Below, piece by piece: positions 14,201-25,545 of a stretch of DNA of 64,000 nt; positions within the stretch are counted from its first letter, which is position 1; each line of letters begins with the position of its first letter. The notes beneath the pieces are model-generated. The model saw only the letters and a program-made list of their open reading frames with translations, was not told the DNA's origin and searched no databases. The translations under genes were made by a program, and so were the position numbers. Source of the stretch: Intoshia linei. Lineage: Eukaryota; Animalia; Orthonectida. The stretch is from assembly GCA_001642005.1 (NCBI GenBank), contig LWCA01000030.1, positions 1 through 64,000 of the forward strand, given 5' to 3'.

Positions 14201-16403
14201 AATAAGTAATATATGCAAATCTGAGGTGAGAATAGTTGTAACTTATAATTCATGAATCATCATATCATAATGCAAATCCGCAACTAAATAATAATTTAAG
14301 AGCGGTTTTAGAATCCAAAGTAAATATCCATTAATACTGATATCTACTTGTTGGTCACTCCTGAAATATTACATATTATTAGTACGATCAGTGCCGAATC
14401 TACGTACCCGAGACCTTCTTTGGTGAGAATATTAAATTAGATCATTAAAAAAATTATATTCTCCATTATCATAACTATTTTGTATGGTAAATTTTAAATG
14501 TCAACTCAACAGTTTTAGAAAGATGGCTAGGGCTATATGACACTGCGGATGGTGAAAAATTTTTTAAAGAAATCTATTTTTCATTTGCTGGTGGCCTCAA
14601 GCTTTCTAGGTTCGGTGCTGATAGTAATGTACGAAAAATACGATAATAATATTAAATTTATAGCAATTTATACACATGTTACAAGGGGACGATGAAGAGC
14701 ATGCCTTATTACTACTGGCTTATTTTAAATATATTGAAATAGAATGTTGGTTATTAATGTGTAATGCAATACCTGAAGGGAAAACAGCCTACGTGTTGAC
14801 ATATGATAAGAAAGGTGCTTATACTATTTGGAATCCAAACACTGGTGAAAATTTTTCACATAATGATCCTTACTGTCCAGTTCAAATAGTTGGATGTTTA
14901 ATCAATCATGAAAATGTATAGTTTAAAATTATATACATTAGTCATAATATTATTTTATTTCAATATAATTAGATTTGGGTAAACATTCAACCTATTGCTA
15001 AGCCATCAGAAGTCGATTTTAATACATCAAATATAAAGAAATGGACTCCATTTTTCAACAGAAAATTTCCAAATAATGGAATTTCATCTATTCAGGTATA
15101 TTCAAACTGATATAAAGTACATGCAGTAGTTTTCAAATGGGTGATTGAATGTTTGGAGATTTAAAAAATTGCATTTTATCATCCTTAGAGGTCACTTTAG
15201 TTTAATTTTTTAAAAAAAGAGTAGCTGGGTTTTTAATCATGGAAATTCACTTTTTTGAAATTTGGATTTATGATAATGCGTATGATTTTAAAAAATATTT
15301 TAGAATTTATATTTTACAAAATTCTAGGACTTTTTCTATTTTAAAAGAATGTTGGTTTTACCATGAAAGTGGACGTTTTTATGAGGCTTTCTAAAAATTC
15401 ATTTAAAACGCGTTCCAGAATATATTTTTTTAATTTTAAGGCTGATTATATTTTTAAAACGGAAATTAGGTTTTTGACCCTGAAGTATGCAAATTGAGAA
15501 AATGAAATTTGCGACACTGTATCACTCTCGAAAACCTGTGTTAGAAATTGGGTTTTTTTAAATAAACGGTAACACAGACATACACATACATTCAATTGTA
15601 TATTAATAAATATAATAAAGCATATTAATAAAATGACTTAATTATTACGATGCAATAAATTTTATTGAATTTTATTATTTTATTAACAATATGAATAAAA
15701 TATTATCAAATAATATTGAGTCAATAAGCACATTACATGTGTCCAATTTACTGTTGATTTACATTTTTATGTGAACAATTTAGCCCAAATTCATAAACTA
15801 TTCAAAATCTGATACATCTGGAGCGATAAATTTGCAATACAGTTTAGAACAAAAATTGAAAGAAAAGGTGATGCAATGGAGACCAAAATACATTACTCGA
15901 TGGAATAGACATTGTATTCATACATTTAGAACCCTATTACAAAAGTAAAACTATACATACAATATTTGAGATTTGAAATACAATGTATACGTTTCATAGA
16001 TTAGAAGAAAATAATGGAATAGGAAATTATGATGAACATTCAGAGGAACTTTCCACTATATTAGCCTCATATAAAGTAAATTTTCGATATCTATACTTTT
16101 TTATACTAAAAATTAAATTGATTACCTATATAACGATTATAATACAATTTGTACAATATACATTTAGTAAAAATACATATAATAATAATATTATAGTATA
16201 CACGTATATTATAGCTATCCGGATTTCCCATAAACATTAAATATTTGGACGAAGAAAGTTTAATTGAAAATGTATATTCCACAGGTGTATATGATGTTGA
16301 TAACCAAGATGTTGAATTTGCCTTGGCCATTTATGTTCACCCTTATCCAAACAATATTATGTCAGTATGGGTGTATATTGCATCAATGATTCGGAGAAGA
16401 TGA
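2292..16403 (+). CDS. CC2D2A: Coiled-coil and C2 domain-containing protein 2A (MKS6), ciliary transition zone; more than 20 exons
   Basis: Spliced from [15 protein letters not shown] (2292). The large exon 11823-13279 has [12 protein letters not shown] and a C2 domain ([12 protein letters not shown]...[12 protein letters not shown]...[12 protein letters not shown]). Later exons give [12 protein letters not shown]...[18 protein letters not shown]...GKTAYVLT and the C-terminus [32 protein letters not shown], typical of CC2D2A. Confidence 0.93.
3999..4287. mobile_element. Non-autonomous hAT-like element
   Basis: GC-rich imperfect inverted ends caggggcgggttcaaggg ... cctcttggatccgcctctg within a CC2D2A intron. 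Confidence 0.55.
4490..4725 (-). mobile_element. hAT transposase C-terminal dimerisation-domain remnant (ZMYM1-like clade)
   Basis: [47 protein letters not shown] matches the hAT motif P.TS...ERSFS.L..IK..LR..M.Q.RL..L. Confidence 0.85.
7419..8186 (+). mobile_element. Deleted hAT element with TIRs and 8-bp TSD
   Basis: TIRs TAGTGATTGTG...CACAATCACTA. Flanks ggtgttgt and gttgttgt (one mismatch). Internal degenerate dimerisation motif (QPT..QNERNF.TASNFV). A homologous copy lies at 59667-60245. Confidence 0.85.
8721..8878. mobile_element. MITE with ~45-bp TIRs, TTAA-type flank
   Basis: taaagtggccagaaacatacgtactatcacttttagtttatttgg ... ccaaataaaataaaattgatagtacgtattttttctggccacttta. Confidence 0.85.
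9190..9636. mobile_element. MITE with ~26-bp TIRs
   Basis: caggaattggaattaattgattgcaa ... ttgctatcaattatttccaattcctg. A related end is at ~34890-34923. Confidence 0.75.
10168..10584. mobile_element. Foldback element/MITE with long TIRs
   Basis: actagcggctttagttaggcaaccacaaataaactaa ... ttagtttatttgtggttgcctaactaaagcctctagt. Confidence 0.85.
14027..14362. mobile_element. MITE with 13-bp TIRs
   Basis: aggagtgaccaac ... gttggtcactcct. Confidence 0.65.
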
Positions 16404-16782
16404 AGCCGTTTCTATTTAAATATATGTACAAAAAATTATTAAATTTTTTTCAACTTATACAATAAAAAGACACTGCGTAAATTGTGAATTAAAAGATTTA
16501 ATTTTTTTGTAATGATTAATATCCTATATAAATTTAAGCCGTTAACAATCTCTTTCAAGTTTAAACTAAAGACATACAATAAATCTATTAGTTACCAAAG
16601 AATACACTAAAATTATATGTGAGTTATACAATTACGATGAATTTATTAAAATTAGCAAAATTGAGGTAAATATACAATTAGTGACGACTCTTCCTCAAAA
16701 ACGTTATTTTAGCTCACTGTCGTGCTGCCGTAGAAATTATTTTTAGACAAACAATGTTAACTAATAATACTGAATAATATAA

Positions 16783-17251
16783 TACAGTAAATTCTGTCTA
16801 TAACAATAAGTATTGAGTTTTTCTTATAAATAGGGTGGCAGGTTCAATTTGCTTGGTGAGTCAAATGTGATAAAACAATTATTACGCATGCCGCACAAAA
16901 AAATATCTTTACTCAAATCATTATTAACTAAAATGTATTAATTAATTAATATAACGAAACAAGAAACAATAATGGAATAAGTGCATAGCTAATTCTAAAA
17001 TTGTAAATTGTAATCAGGAATGAATAAATCATGAAAAATATGTAAAAAAAGAAATATGGGTGAAATATTTTGTTATAATGCACATTCTATAATTGGGGGC
17101 CGCATAATTGACATCCCTGTTATAGATAGAGTCGAACATAAGTTTAGTTCATAATGAAAATGTGAGTACATTAGTGCATAAAATTTACTAAACTATGGAA
17201 ATATTGAAAACTGTTTTTATAGAGAGTGTTCTTATAGACAGAGTTACTGTA
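16783..17251. mobile_element. Tc1/mariner/pogo-type MITE
   Basis: TA-CAGTAAattctgtctataa ... ttatagacagagTTACTG-TA. Confidence 0.7.
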
Positions 17252-19339
17252 CTTGACTTAAGTAACTTGACTTGACATTTTAAATATAATTCACAAATTT
17301 TTATGATATCCAAGAATATGGTTATATTATTTTAAGTTATAATATAGTATTATTTTATAAATATTGTATTTAATTCTAATAGTATATTTTTATATTATAA
17401 ATATTATAACTGCCAATATGATCGAAAGGGACAAAATGGGAAAACATGATAAAAACTTACAATTAAAATTAAAAAATAGTAATAATTTTGTCTTAAAAAT
17501 TTGACGTTAATTTAAAATTTCCAAGTATATAATTAGCGATAACTCATTTTGAACCATATTCAATTTTATCACACATGTATCTATAGGTATATGGATCTAA
17601 CTAGCCAATATCGAAATCAATATACATTTTTTATATATAGATTAATCTGGCAAGCTACAATCTACAAGCATCTATTTTGAATCTTGCCATATTTTATTTT
17701 GTTTAAAATTCTATATTTTCTAAATAAAGACTGTATTTCTTGTTTTCATCGTTTTATTTCATTGTATCTTGCATGTCGTAATATTATATAAAATTAATCA
17801 TTTCTTTTTAAATTGCCTCTAGATAAAAAGATAAAAATTTAGATTTGAGTTATTACAATTTGATTGTAGGGATAATTTATTCATATTAATTCTTCAGGCA
17901 ATAAAAATGTAAAATATAAATCAAAAAAATTAAAAATTTTTGAAACGCGATAATATTATTCACCATCAAAAAAATAGCATATTACAGGAAAATAAATAAT
18001 ATTACAGAAAAATGTTATAATTATAGTTATAAATTTTACTGTAATATTGATTTGTTGGTCCATAATTATGCACCCTTTTTGAAATTGATAATTTTTCGAA
18101 ATAATAATTTATAAATATTAATTAACCATTACACCAGGAGGGGCAACCAGTTGCCCACATAATAATTTTGGTGGCCCTTTAATATTGGGATTAAAATTTT
18201 AATTATTAATAGAATATATTGTTACATTTAAATAATGAAAAAAAATATTTAAATAATTTTAATTTGAATGATAAATTTATCAAAATTAATACTGTTTTGC
18301 TATTACCTACTTCAAGAATCTTTTTGTTTCCATAAAATTACTTATAAATAAAACAGTTCTACTATAATTATAATTATAATTGGCTCAATATCAACGTGAA
18401 ATCTATCATGTGTAAATTTTCAAAAACTGGTCCGCAGAATTTTTTGATATAAAAAAGTGGCTAGGAGATTCAAAAGGTAGCCGACACTTACATTACACTA
18501 TTAGACACGACATTTTACATTTATACAAAAATGCATATTTAAAATCGAAGTTTGAAAGCGATTCTGATGAAATATAAATTATAAAAAAACTGGATAATTA
18601 TATACGGTTTTACTCCCTAGAATGAACCCTACTAATGAAAAATCGAAAAAAACTATTTTCTAGCGTTTCTTTAATTTATCAAATATGATTATTTTATCAT
18701 AAAAAAATTGAAAATGAACTGTATACAACTGTGTAATAGTGTGTTCAACTTCTAAGAATAAACTTATTTTTAAAAATTTTTAATTTGGCCAATCAGATTG
18801 GTTTTTTAATCAATGCATTGGAAAATTGCATACTTATTAACAATTAGACTTTAAAATACAAATACAATTTTATTCTCCTATAACTCTTCTCATAATTAAC
18901 AATCGGAAAAAAGTATTTATTATATATATATAATAATAACAATTTATTTAAAATTGTATATTAACTTAATATACATTTTTATTTCGGCCAATCCTGTTGT
19001 CTTTGTATGTGAAATATTCACAACTGCAACATATTAATCAATAAATGATTCATCTTCATTTTTATTAGATTCTCAAACAATATTAATAATATCTTCCTTG
19101 TTGTTTTCTTCTACTATCTCAAAACAATTTAGATTTTCATTACATTCATTTTCATTATTATGATTATAATATAATAAATTATATTTATTATATTATTATT
19201 TTATTATTTATACATTATATTATTAGTTATATATGTAGTTCATTTATATTTTAAAAATATTTTATAATAATAAGTGTTATAAATTTACTCAATTTTTATA
19301 TTTAACTACGCAAAAAATCACTTAAAATTGTACTTGATA

Positions 19340-19995
19340 CAAATAACATTCTGACATTTTGGTTGAAAATTAATAAAGATTATCCGAACTTTTAAATTTG
19401 GCCGTTAAAAAGTTTATTCTATTTTGTAGCACATATTTATTTTGAACATGCCTTTTCCTAATGAATATACATGTATCTCAAATCTAAATTGCGAAATCGT
19501 CTCAAGGTAGAATCTGATCTAAGAATTAAATTGAATTAAATATAAAACCAAATATAAATTTTCTTGTTGAAAAGAAACAGTTGCATATTTCTTTTTCAAA
19601 TTTATTTATCAATACAGTATTCTCTCCACAACTCGCTAGTTATCTAAGTCGCTATTAATTTAAAATATAAACTAAGTTTTAAAACGATTTTTCGAAATAA
19701 TTTAAGTTATTTTGTATTAAATTTTACAATTTTAATTACAATTAATGTTTTATCTGCTGTTTCTAGTTTTAAATTCCCTATCTGCTAACTTTTTCTAAAT
19801 CTCAATAATGACGAACTATAGAGAGAATACTGTATATAATTTTTTTTATAAAATTTATATAAATTAATCATTTGATTTAGTTTCAACTAATAAATGCATC
19901 ATTGTTGAATTTTCTTAGTTTATTATCTATAAAAATATTATATAGGGGTCCGCTAAAATTGGGGGTTCGTCAAATTTAAAGTTTTAGAACAACTG
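19340..19995 (+). mobile_element. Buster/Charlie-type hAT transposase 3' remnant, carrying a nested TA-flanked MITE (19613-19834)
   Basis: Frameshifted FWLKINKDYPELLNLAVKKFILFCSTYL..EHAFS...KSKLRNRLKVESDLRIKL..IKPNINFLVEKKQLHIS. Nested TIRs tacagtattctctc ... gagagaatactgta. Confidence 0.75.
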
Positions 19996-20204
19996 ATAAA
20001 TATTTATAGATATTATAATACAGGATCATGTACAATGTAAATTGTACATGTATATAAATTACAATATTTTACAACACTTTCAATTATCTTCTAGAAAATC
20101 CTGTGAAGTTCAGGAATAAGAAATTGAACATGAAACACAAAAATCTATCAACAAACTGGTTGCATCACTAGAAAGTAAAACCAATATAATGGTAACCACT
20201 AGAG

Positions 20205-20634
20205 TAAGGTTTCTTAACCAGGGTACTAGCATCCCTAGGGGTGCTAGAATTAATTTCAGATGTGCTAGAAAAACTATTATTATTTTTTAAATTTTGAATA
20301 AAAAATGTTAATAAAAAAATTAAATTAAATGTATTTTCAAATTTTTTTTATGTTGAGTGGCCGGGTCCAAACTCAACCAATTTGAATAATTTTTTCAGGA
20401 AAGTGATCACCATCACCAATAATAATGATGGGGAAAAATATTTTTGATCTTTGAATATGGTGATCACCCTAATGTTCATTTATTGATTATGTTCAATAAG
20501 GGGATCTTTTAAAATCTCAATAAAATACGATTTTTAAGTTGAATTTTAAGGTATCATTTTTTATTTTCTAGGGTACTGGAAATACTTGATCTGGCTAACG
20601 GGGTGCTAAATTTAAAAAAGTTTAAGAAACCCTG
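20205..20634. mobile_element. hAT (Buster-type) MITE with 8-bp TSD
   Basis: Ends taaggtttcttaac ... tttaagaaaccctg. Flanks cactagag and aactagag (nnnTAnnn target). Confidence 0.8.
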
Positions 20635-21371
20635 AACTAGAGTGTTAATGATTAATTGACTATAACATTTTTAAATTAAATAATATATTTAATTATAATT
20701 ATCGATAAAATAAATCAAATTGAATAAAAATAAATACAAGAAAATTGAATAAAACACGTTTAAATAAGATAAAACATGATAAAAATATAATCTACCTAAT
20801 GAAATTTGTTTATGGTTAAATTATTGCAGATGTTGTATCATAAATTAATAAATATTGCTATCGAACATTATCAATTCATAATCTAGACACTTGTTCAAGT
20901 TACGCCCATTTTTCCCACTATATAAGAGAAAAAAATGTTTATTAAATTCATTAAATTTTATTTATAAAATAGTATTTTGGTTTTCAAGTATATTTTTTAA
21001 TGTATCACATTATTTCTTTTTGAACATTGTTGATTATGTTATGATTGTCACAATGCATTTCTAGTTTAATTTAGAAATGTATTCTATCGATCTTAATTTA
21101 ATTATACATTCATACTACAATTTCAGTGATGTGTTAATTAAACTCGGTCCAAGACATTTCTACACACTTCAATAATAAGAAAACTTAGGATTTGCTAACT
21201 AGGATTACAATTATCAATCATATATAAAATATGTAAACTTATGATGAACTAGTAACTTGTGATCTAGTGAAAACTTATGACTGAACTTCTCAACCAACTA
21301 TGCCGCTAGAATTATATCGGGATATTGAACAGTCCCTGTCTAAGAATTAGTTGGGCAGTGATAGACATGTT

Positions 21372-22802
21372 CTATATATCAATATGCAAGTCTGCAAAAA
21401 TGTAGAATAAATATTTAATATTATTAGGAAATATATTAACAAAACGTAAACATTTTTTAAAAGCATAAACAATTTTTTTAAATCTACAAGAAATGGTGGA
21501 AGTACTAGAAGAAAAAATGAGTGCGACATTATCGTGACAAAAAGATTCAATAAGTGTAAGTGAATTGACATCAACTGAATAAAGATGCATGTCTCCATTC
21601 TCAAAAATACAAATTAGGTAAAATTCTGGCATGTATACTTCATTATCATTAACCCAATTGATGAATTTTGGAACATGATAATTTACGAGTTGACAAGTCG
21701 GAAGATGAACATGAGAATTTCTAACAAAAATGTACCCATCATCAGAGCAGGTAACAAAAATATTTTGATATTTTGGGTGTATAATGATGGCATTCACACG
21801 TGTTAAATGTGCCAAATAATTAAAATCCACATTTTCAAGATTTAAATCAATTTGCACAACTTGTCCAGCTTCAGATCCAATAATAGCAATAATTTTATTA
21901 TGTGAATTTGCCGCATTAGAATCATAGAAATAGGCAAAGGTTGAAATACCCAAAATTAACTTTTGTAGAGATGTATCCAAAACATTTAAATTTGAAACAT
22001 CGCATTGTTTAACCATTTGTAATTTTTCATAAAATTTCCATAGAATAATTATTCCGTCTTGTGAACTTGAAATAATGTACTGATTGTCACTTAATGTACG
22101 TTTTTCTATCCAGAAACCACAGGTAATGATGTCAGAATGACTAACACTAGCAACATCATTGGAAGATGAAAGGATGGGGTTATTTAATGTTTTATTGCAA
22201 TCGAAAATCATTATTTCACCCATGAATGTTCCAATTAAATAAATGTTTGGATCAGTCAAGTGCGATTTTATAAAAGATGCACATGTTGATATTTCGTAAA
22301 TTTCCGTTTTTGATTCACTTATAGTTGTTATTGTGATATTACTCTTGTGCCAACAATAGCCTTCATTGTGCTTTTCTTTTTTGTATCCAGTTACAAATTT
22401 AGTTGAGTCACAATTCCATGACATGCCACTGGCTATAAAAGTTTCATCCATTTTGTTGTATTCAATAGATTTTTCATTGTCAAAAAATTTCAGTTTTGAA
22501 TTATGGATTTTATTTTCAAAAGGGTCAATTATGTTGGGACGTTTAAATTCTCGAAATATTATTTTTTTCATTTTTTTTGCAAATTTTTCCAAGTTTTTTT
22601 CCTTTTTTATATCAATTTCTATGGGTTCAATTGGTACGTTTTCTGATTGAACATATTTATCTGAAAATTTTATCGATTGACAGGACTTATTAACATAGAT
22701 AAACTGTACGGTTTGTACTTGTTGTGAGGCTTGATTCACATGCTGTAATTTTTCAGGTATTGAATTAAATTCCACAATGAGAGGTTTACTGTTGTGGAAC
22801 AT
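21372..22802 (-). CDS. DYNC2I2: WD40 protein, cytoplasmic dynein-2 intermediate chain WDR34-like (intronless, 476 aa)
   Basis: Motifs GMSWNCDSTKFVTGY..KHNEGYCWHKS, SHLTDPNIYLIGTFMGEIMIFD, SHSDIITCGFWI and IISSSQDGIIILWK parallel the WDR34 pattern SWNSTG..AYG..H.DW, FHP..P...GG.Y.GEV.VWD, H.DPV..V.W, S...DGKVL.W. Confidence 0.72.
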   Translation of the reverse strand: MFHNSKPLIVEFNSIPEKLQHVNQASQQVQTVQFIYVNKSCQSIKFSDKYVQSENVPIEPIEIDIKKEKNLEKFAKKMKKIIFREFKRPNIIDPFENKIHNSKLKFFDNEKSIEYNKMDETFIASGMSWNCDSTKFVTGYKKEKHNEGYCWHKSNITITTISESKTEIYEISTCASFIKSHLTDPNIYLIGTFMGEIMIFDCNKTLNNPILSSSNDVASVSHSDIITCGFWIEKRTLSDNQYIISSSQDGIIILWKFYEKLQMVKQCDVSNLNVLDTSLQKLILGISTFAYFYDSNAANSHNKIIAIIGSEAGQVVQIDLNLENVDFNYLAHLTRVNAIIIHPKYQNIFVTCSDDGYIFVRNSHVHLPTCQLVNYHVPKFINWVNDNEVYMPEFYLICIFENGDMHLYSVDVNSLTLIESFCHDNVALIFSSSTSTISCRFKKIVYAFKKCLRFVNIFPNNIKYLFYIFADLHIDI

Positions 22803-23267
22803 GTCAATTTTGTAGTTTTATCTAATTTTTGATTTGTTTTTCTGTACAACCAAGTAATAATTTGAACATAGCAACTCATTATTATTGTTTATTTTTTCAA
22901 TCATGGTGCCGGTATGTAAATCTCTCTCAATACCACCATTTTGATGTTTCAATAGTTATGACGATATTGAGACTATGATGTTGTAGAGACTAGATCATGG
23001 ATACGGTTACTATATATGATTAAACAGTAAAATAGTAAAATAATAATAATATTGTGGCAATATTGAGAGGTCTGTCCGTATATGGTTTCAACACTGCCAG
23101 CGAATATAATACTTAATATTCGGATGGTTACGCTTTAAATTTTAATGGAGCATACAGAAATGAATTTAAATAATTTAAAGTAGTGTAGTAACGTTAATAA
23201 TGTTTATTTAAGTATACATATTATGTAGACAATATCTAGATATAACATATTAGTCTTAGACATAATA

Positions 23268-24118
23268 TTATGACATTCTATAATATCCATGTTTTCTATG
23301 TTCAACTTTCATAGTTTCATCATCAACTGGTAAACAGCCTGTTGTTGATTTAACGTAGTATACGAAATAATCATCTTTATTTGAACTAAGAGGTTTTCCT
23401 ACAACCTGTAACACTCTAAATTATAAAATTGTTGATAAAATTTCAAATATCTTAAAAATGATGAAAATGTGTAAATCAGTGCTCACAGACTTTTTCAATA
23501 TGAACTCAAATTAAAACTTACTGACTATAGAGCACAATATGGCCAATATATGAACCGTAAACATGAATTTTATTTTCAAAAAAAATACAAGAATCATGAT
23601 TCATTAGCTGATGAGAGCATACCTATTTTATGTTAACACTAACTTTAATTACTTCTGCATATAACGACATATCACGTCTTCAAAGATAATCAAATTATTC
23701 GAAAGGCCAGTAATAATAGCTAAATAATAATGCATTACATTTTGACATCCCTACACTCAACGTGCTCACATTGTGATCCACTGCAATCTGTTTCATAAAA
23801 TATGGGCCCATTTTCATTTTCGTCTTTTAATAATTCTATTAAATTTCCTTTTGAATCGATAGCATTTTGTTTTGTAATAATGCTCATCTTATATCCACAA
23901 CACGGATGCGTATATGATGATATTATTTCCTTTTTCTCTACATTTCTAAAAGTATTAATATACATGTATTTATTCAACTGACCAATATAACGTAATCCGT
24001 TAAAGATACAGTAGAATCTGTTCATCACGATCACGGATACAGTGATCGAAAATAAGAATTGAGACAATATTGATAAAAATGTATGAAGTTTAATTAGATA
24101 TCTATAATTCTGTAGCAA
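23268..24118 (-). CDS. Degenerate cystine-knot (neurotrophin/Spaetzle-like) protein, 3 exons; N-terminus uncertain
   Basis: HPCCGYKMSIITKQNAIDSKGNLIELLKDENENGPIFYETDCSGSQ | SIITGLSNNLIIFEDVICRYMQK | VLQVVGKPLSSNKDDYFVYYVKSTTGCLPV...RMS*, joined in frame through GT-AG introns at ~23769-23720 and ~23652-23416. Confidence 0.5.
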
Positions 24119-25545
24119 TGGTGAATTTTAGAAGATATGAATTAATAATGATTATATAAATAAAATTTCATAATATATTCCTTTTTGAACCGTGAATTTA
24201 CAAATTTACATTTTTTGTTATGTTCACTGGAAATAATTGTATTAGATGTATTTTTTTAAATTCTAAGAATATTATTTTATTTTTTTTTCAAAATGATGGG
24301 TAATTTGTTGTTTTCACAACGAACATGCACGTTTTGAGGTAAAAATATTCATTACATTCTTATTATTATTTATAAAATTGCACACGAAATACATGAGAAT
24401 GTTTCGTATAGATAAGGTTTATCGATTATTTCAAGTACTTAAATGTACTCGGCCGATTATATCGATCGAAAATGCTGTCCCAAGGCTATCATCTTAAGAG
24501 GATTATAGTGTGTATATAAAGATACTAAGTTTATTTCAACAACGATTATGTACTGCAAATTTTGAAAAGTGGAATCAAATTAAATTAATTCATATAGTTT
24601 CGTTTATCTATAAAAATGGACAATTTTGATATATTACACGACCATGTTACGTTTTTAACGGTAAACAGATATCAAAAACCTATTATCAATTTTACTTTAT
24701 TTTTAGAAAAATTTCTAGCCAATACTACATATCTACAAAAAAATCATTTTTGGATCAAAATTTACGTTAAATTTTAACGTGTTTTTAATTTGAAAACACA
24801 AATTTAAAATTAAATAAATAAACTAAAATTATTATTTTTTCTGGTGGCTATAGTAAAAATGAAAATCTGTTACTGGTACCTATTTTAATAAAATTGTTTA
24901 TTTAGTGTTATGCGATATATCAAATTGAATTATTTTATTAGATAAATACGATTCTATGATTAGTTTTATAATTTACTTTACTCAATTTTATTACTTTATA
25001 AAACATAAATTGAAAATATTTAATTTCAAATGAAAGATTATATATATTTTTAATGAAATTTAACAAAATTACATTTCAACCTTTCAATTACACAATTTTT
25101 TCGAAGCAAAAATCAGATTATAAAAATATAAATATAACTTATATAATTTTAAAATTTACATAAATTTTATCAGTTCTTGGGCATCAATGGATAAAATTAA
25201 ATTAATCACAAATAAAATTAAATTTTGTTGCATTCTTCTATATTTAAATTTTAATAATATAATAATACATTTTTAAATGGTAGTTAGTAATTGGATATTG
25301 AAATTTAGTATATAATCAATATTTGTTATAATATATGTTGAAATATAGAAATTATAATAATATATAATATTCTGAATAAATTTTAGGAATCTGCTTAATA
25401 ATTTGTTTACTTTCTTAAATTACACAGATGTTGATTATATATGATAAATATCAAGAAACAATGTTCATGGTAACAATAATTTGCCTTGTAAATATCATTC
25501 AGGTTGTACCACACGTGTAACATTTATTTTTAATCTATTTAAACA

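Noticed and set aside
18960-19160. Minus-strand acidic coding-like stretch
   Set aside because: Interrupted by stops, with no recognisable domain or consistent splice partners.
21241-21284. Box C (ATGATGA) and box D (CTGA) pair suggesting a C/D snoRNA
   Set aside because: Only 44 nt long, no terminal stem or recognisable guide, and explained by a short direct repeat (aaacttatga..gaact).
22915-23110. Weak inverted repeat and a tggcagtgt (miR-34 seed-like) string upstream of the WDR34-like gene
   Set aside because: The match is limited to the seed and there is no convincing precursor hairpin.
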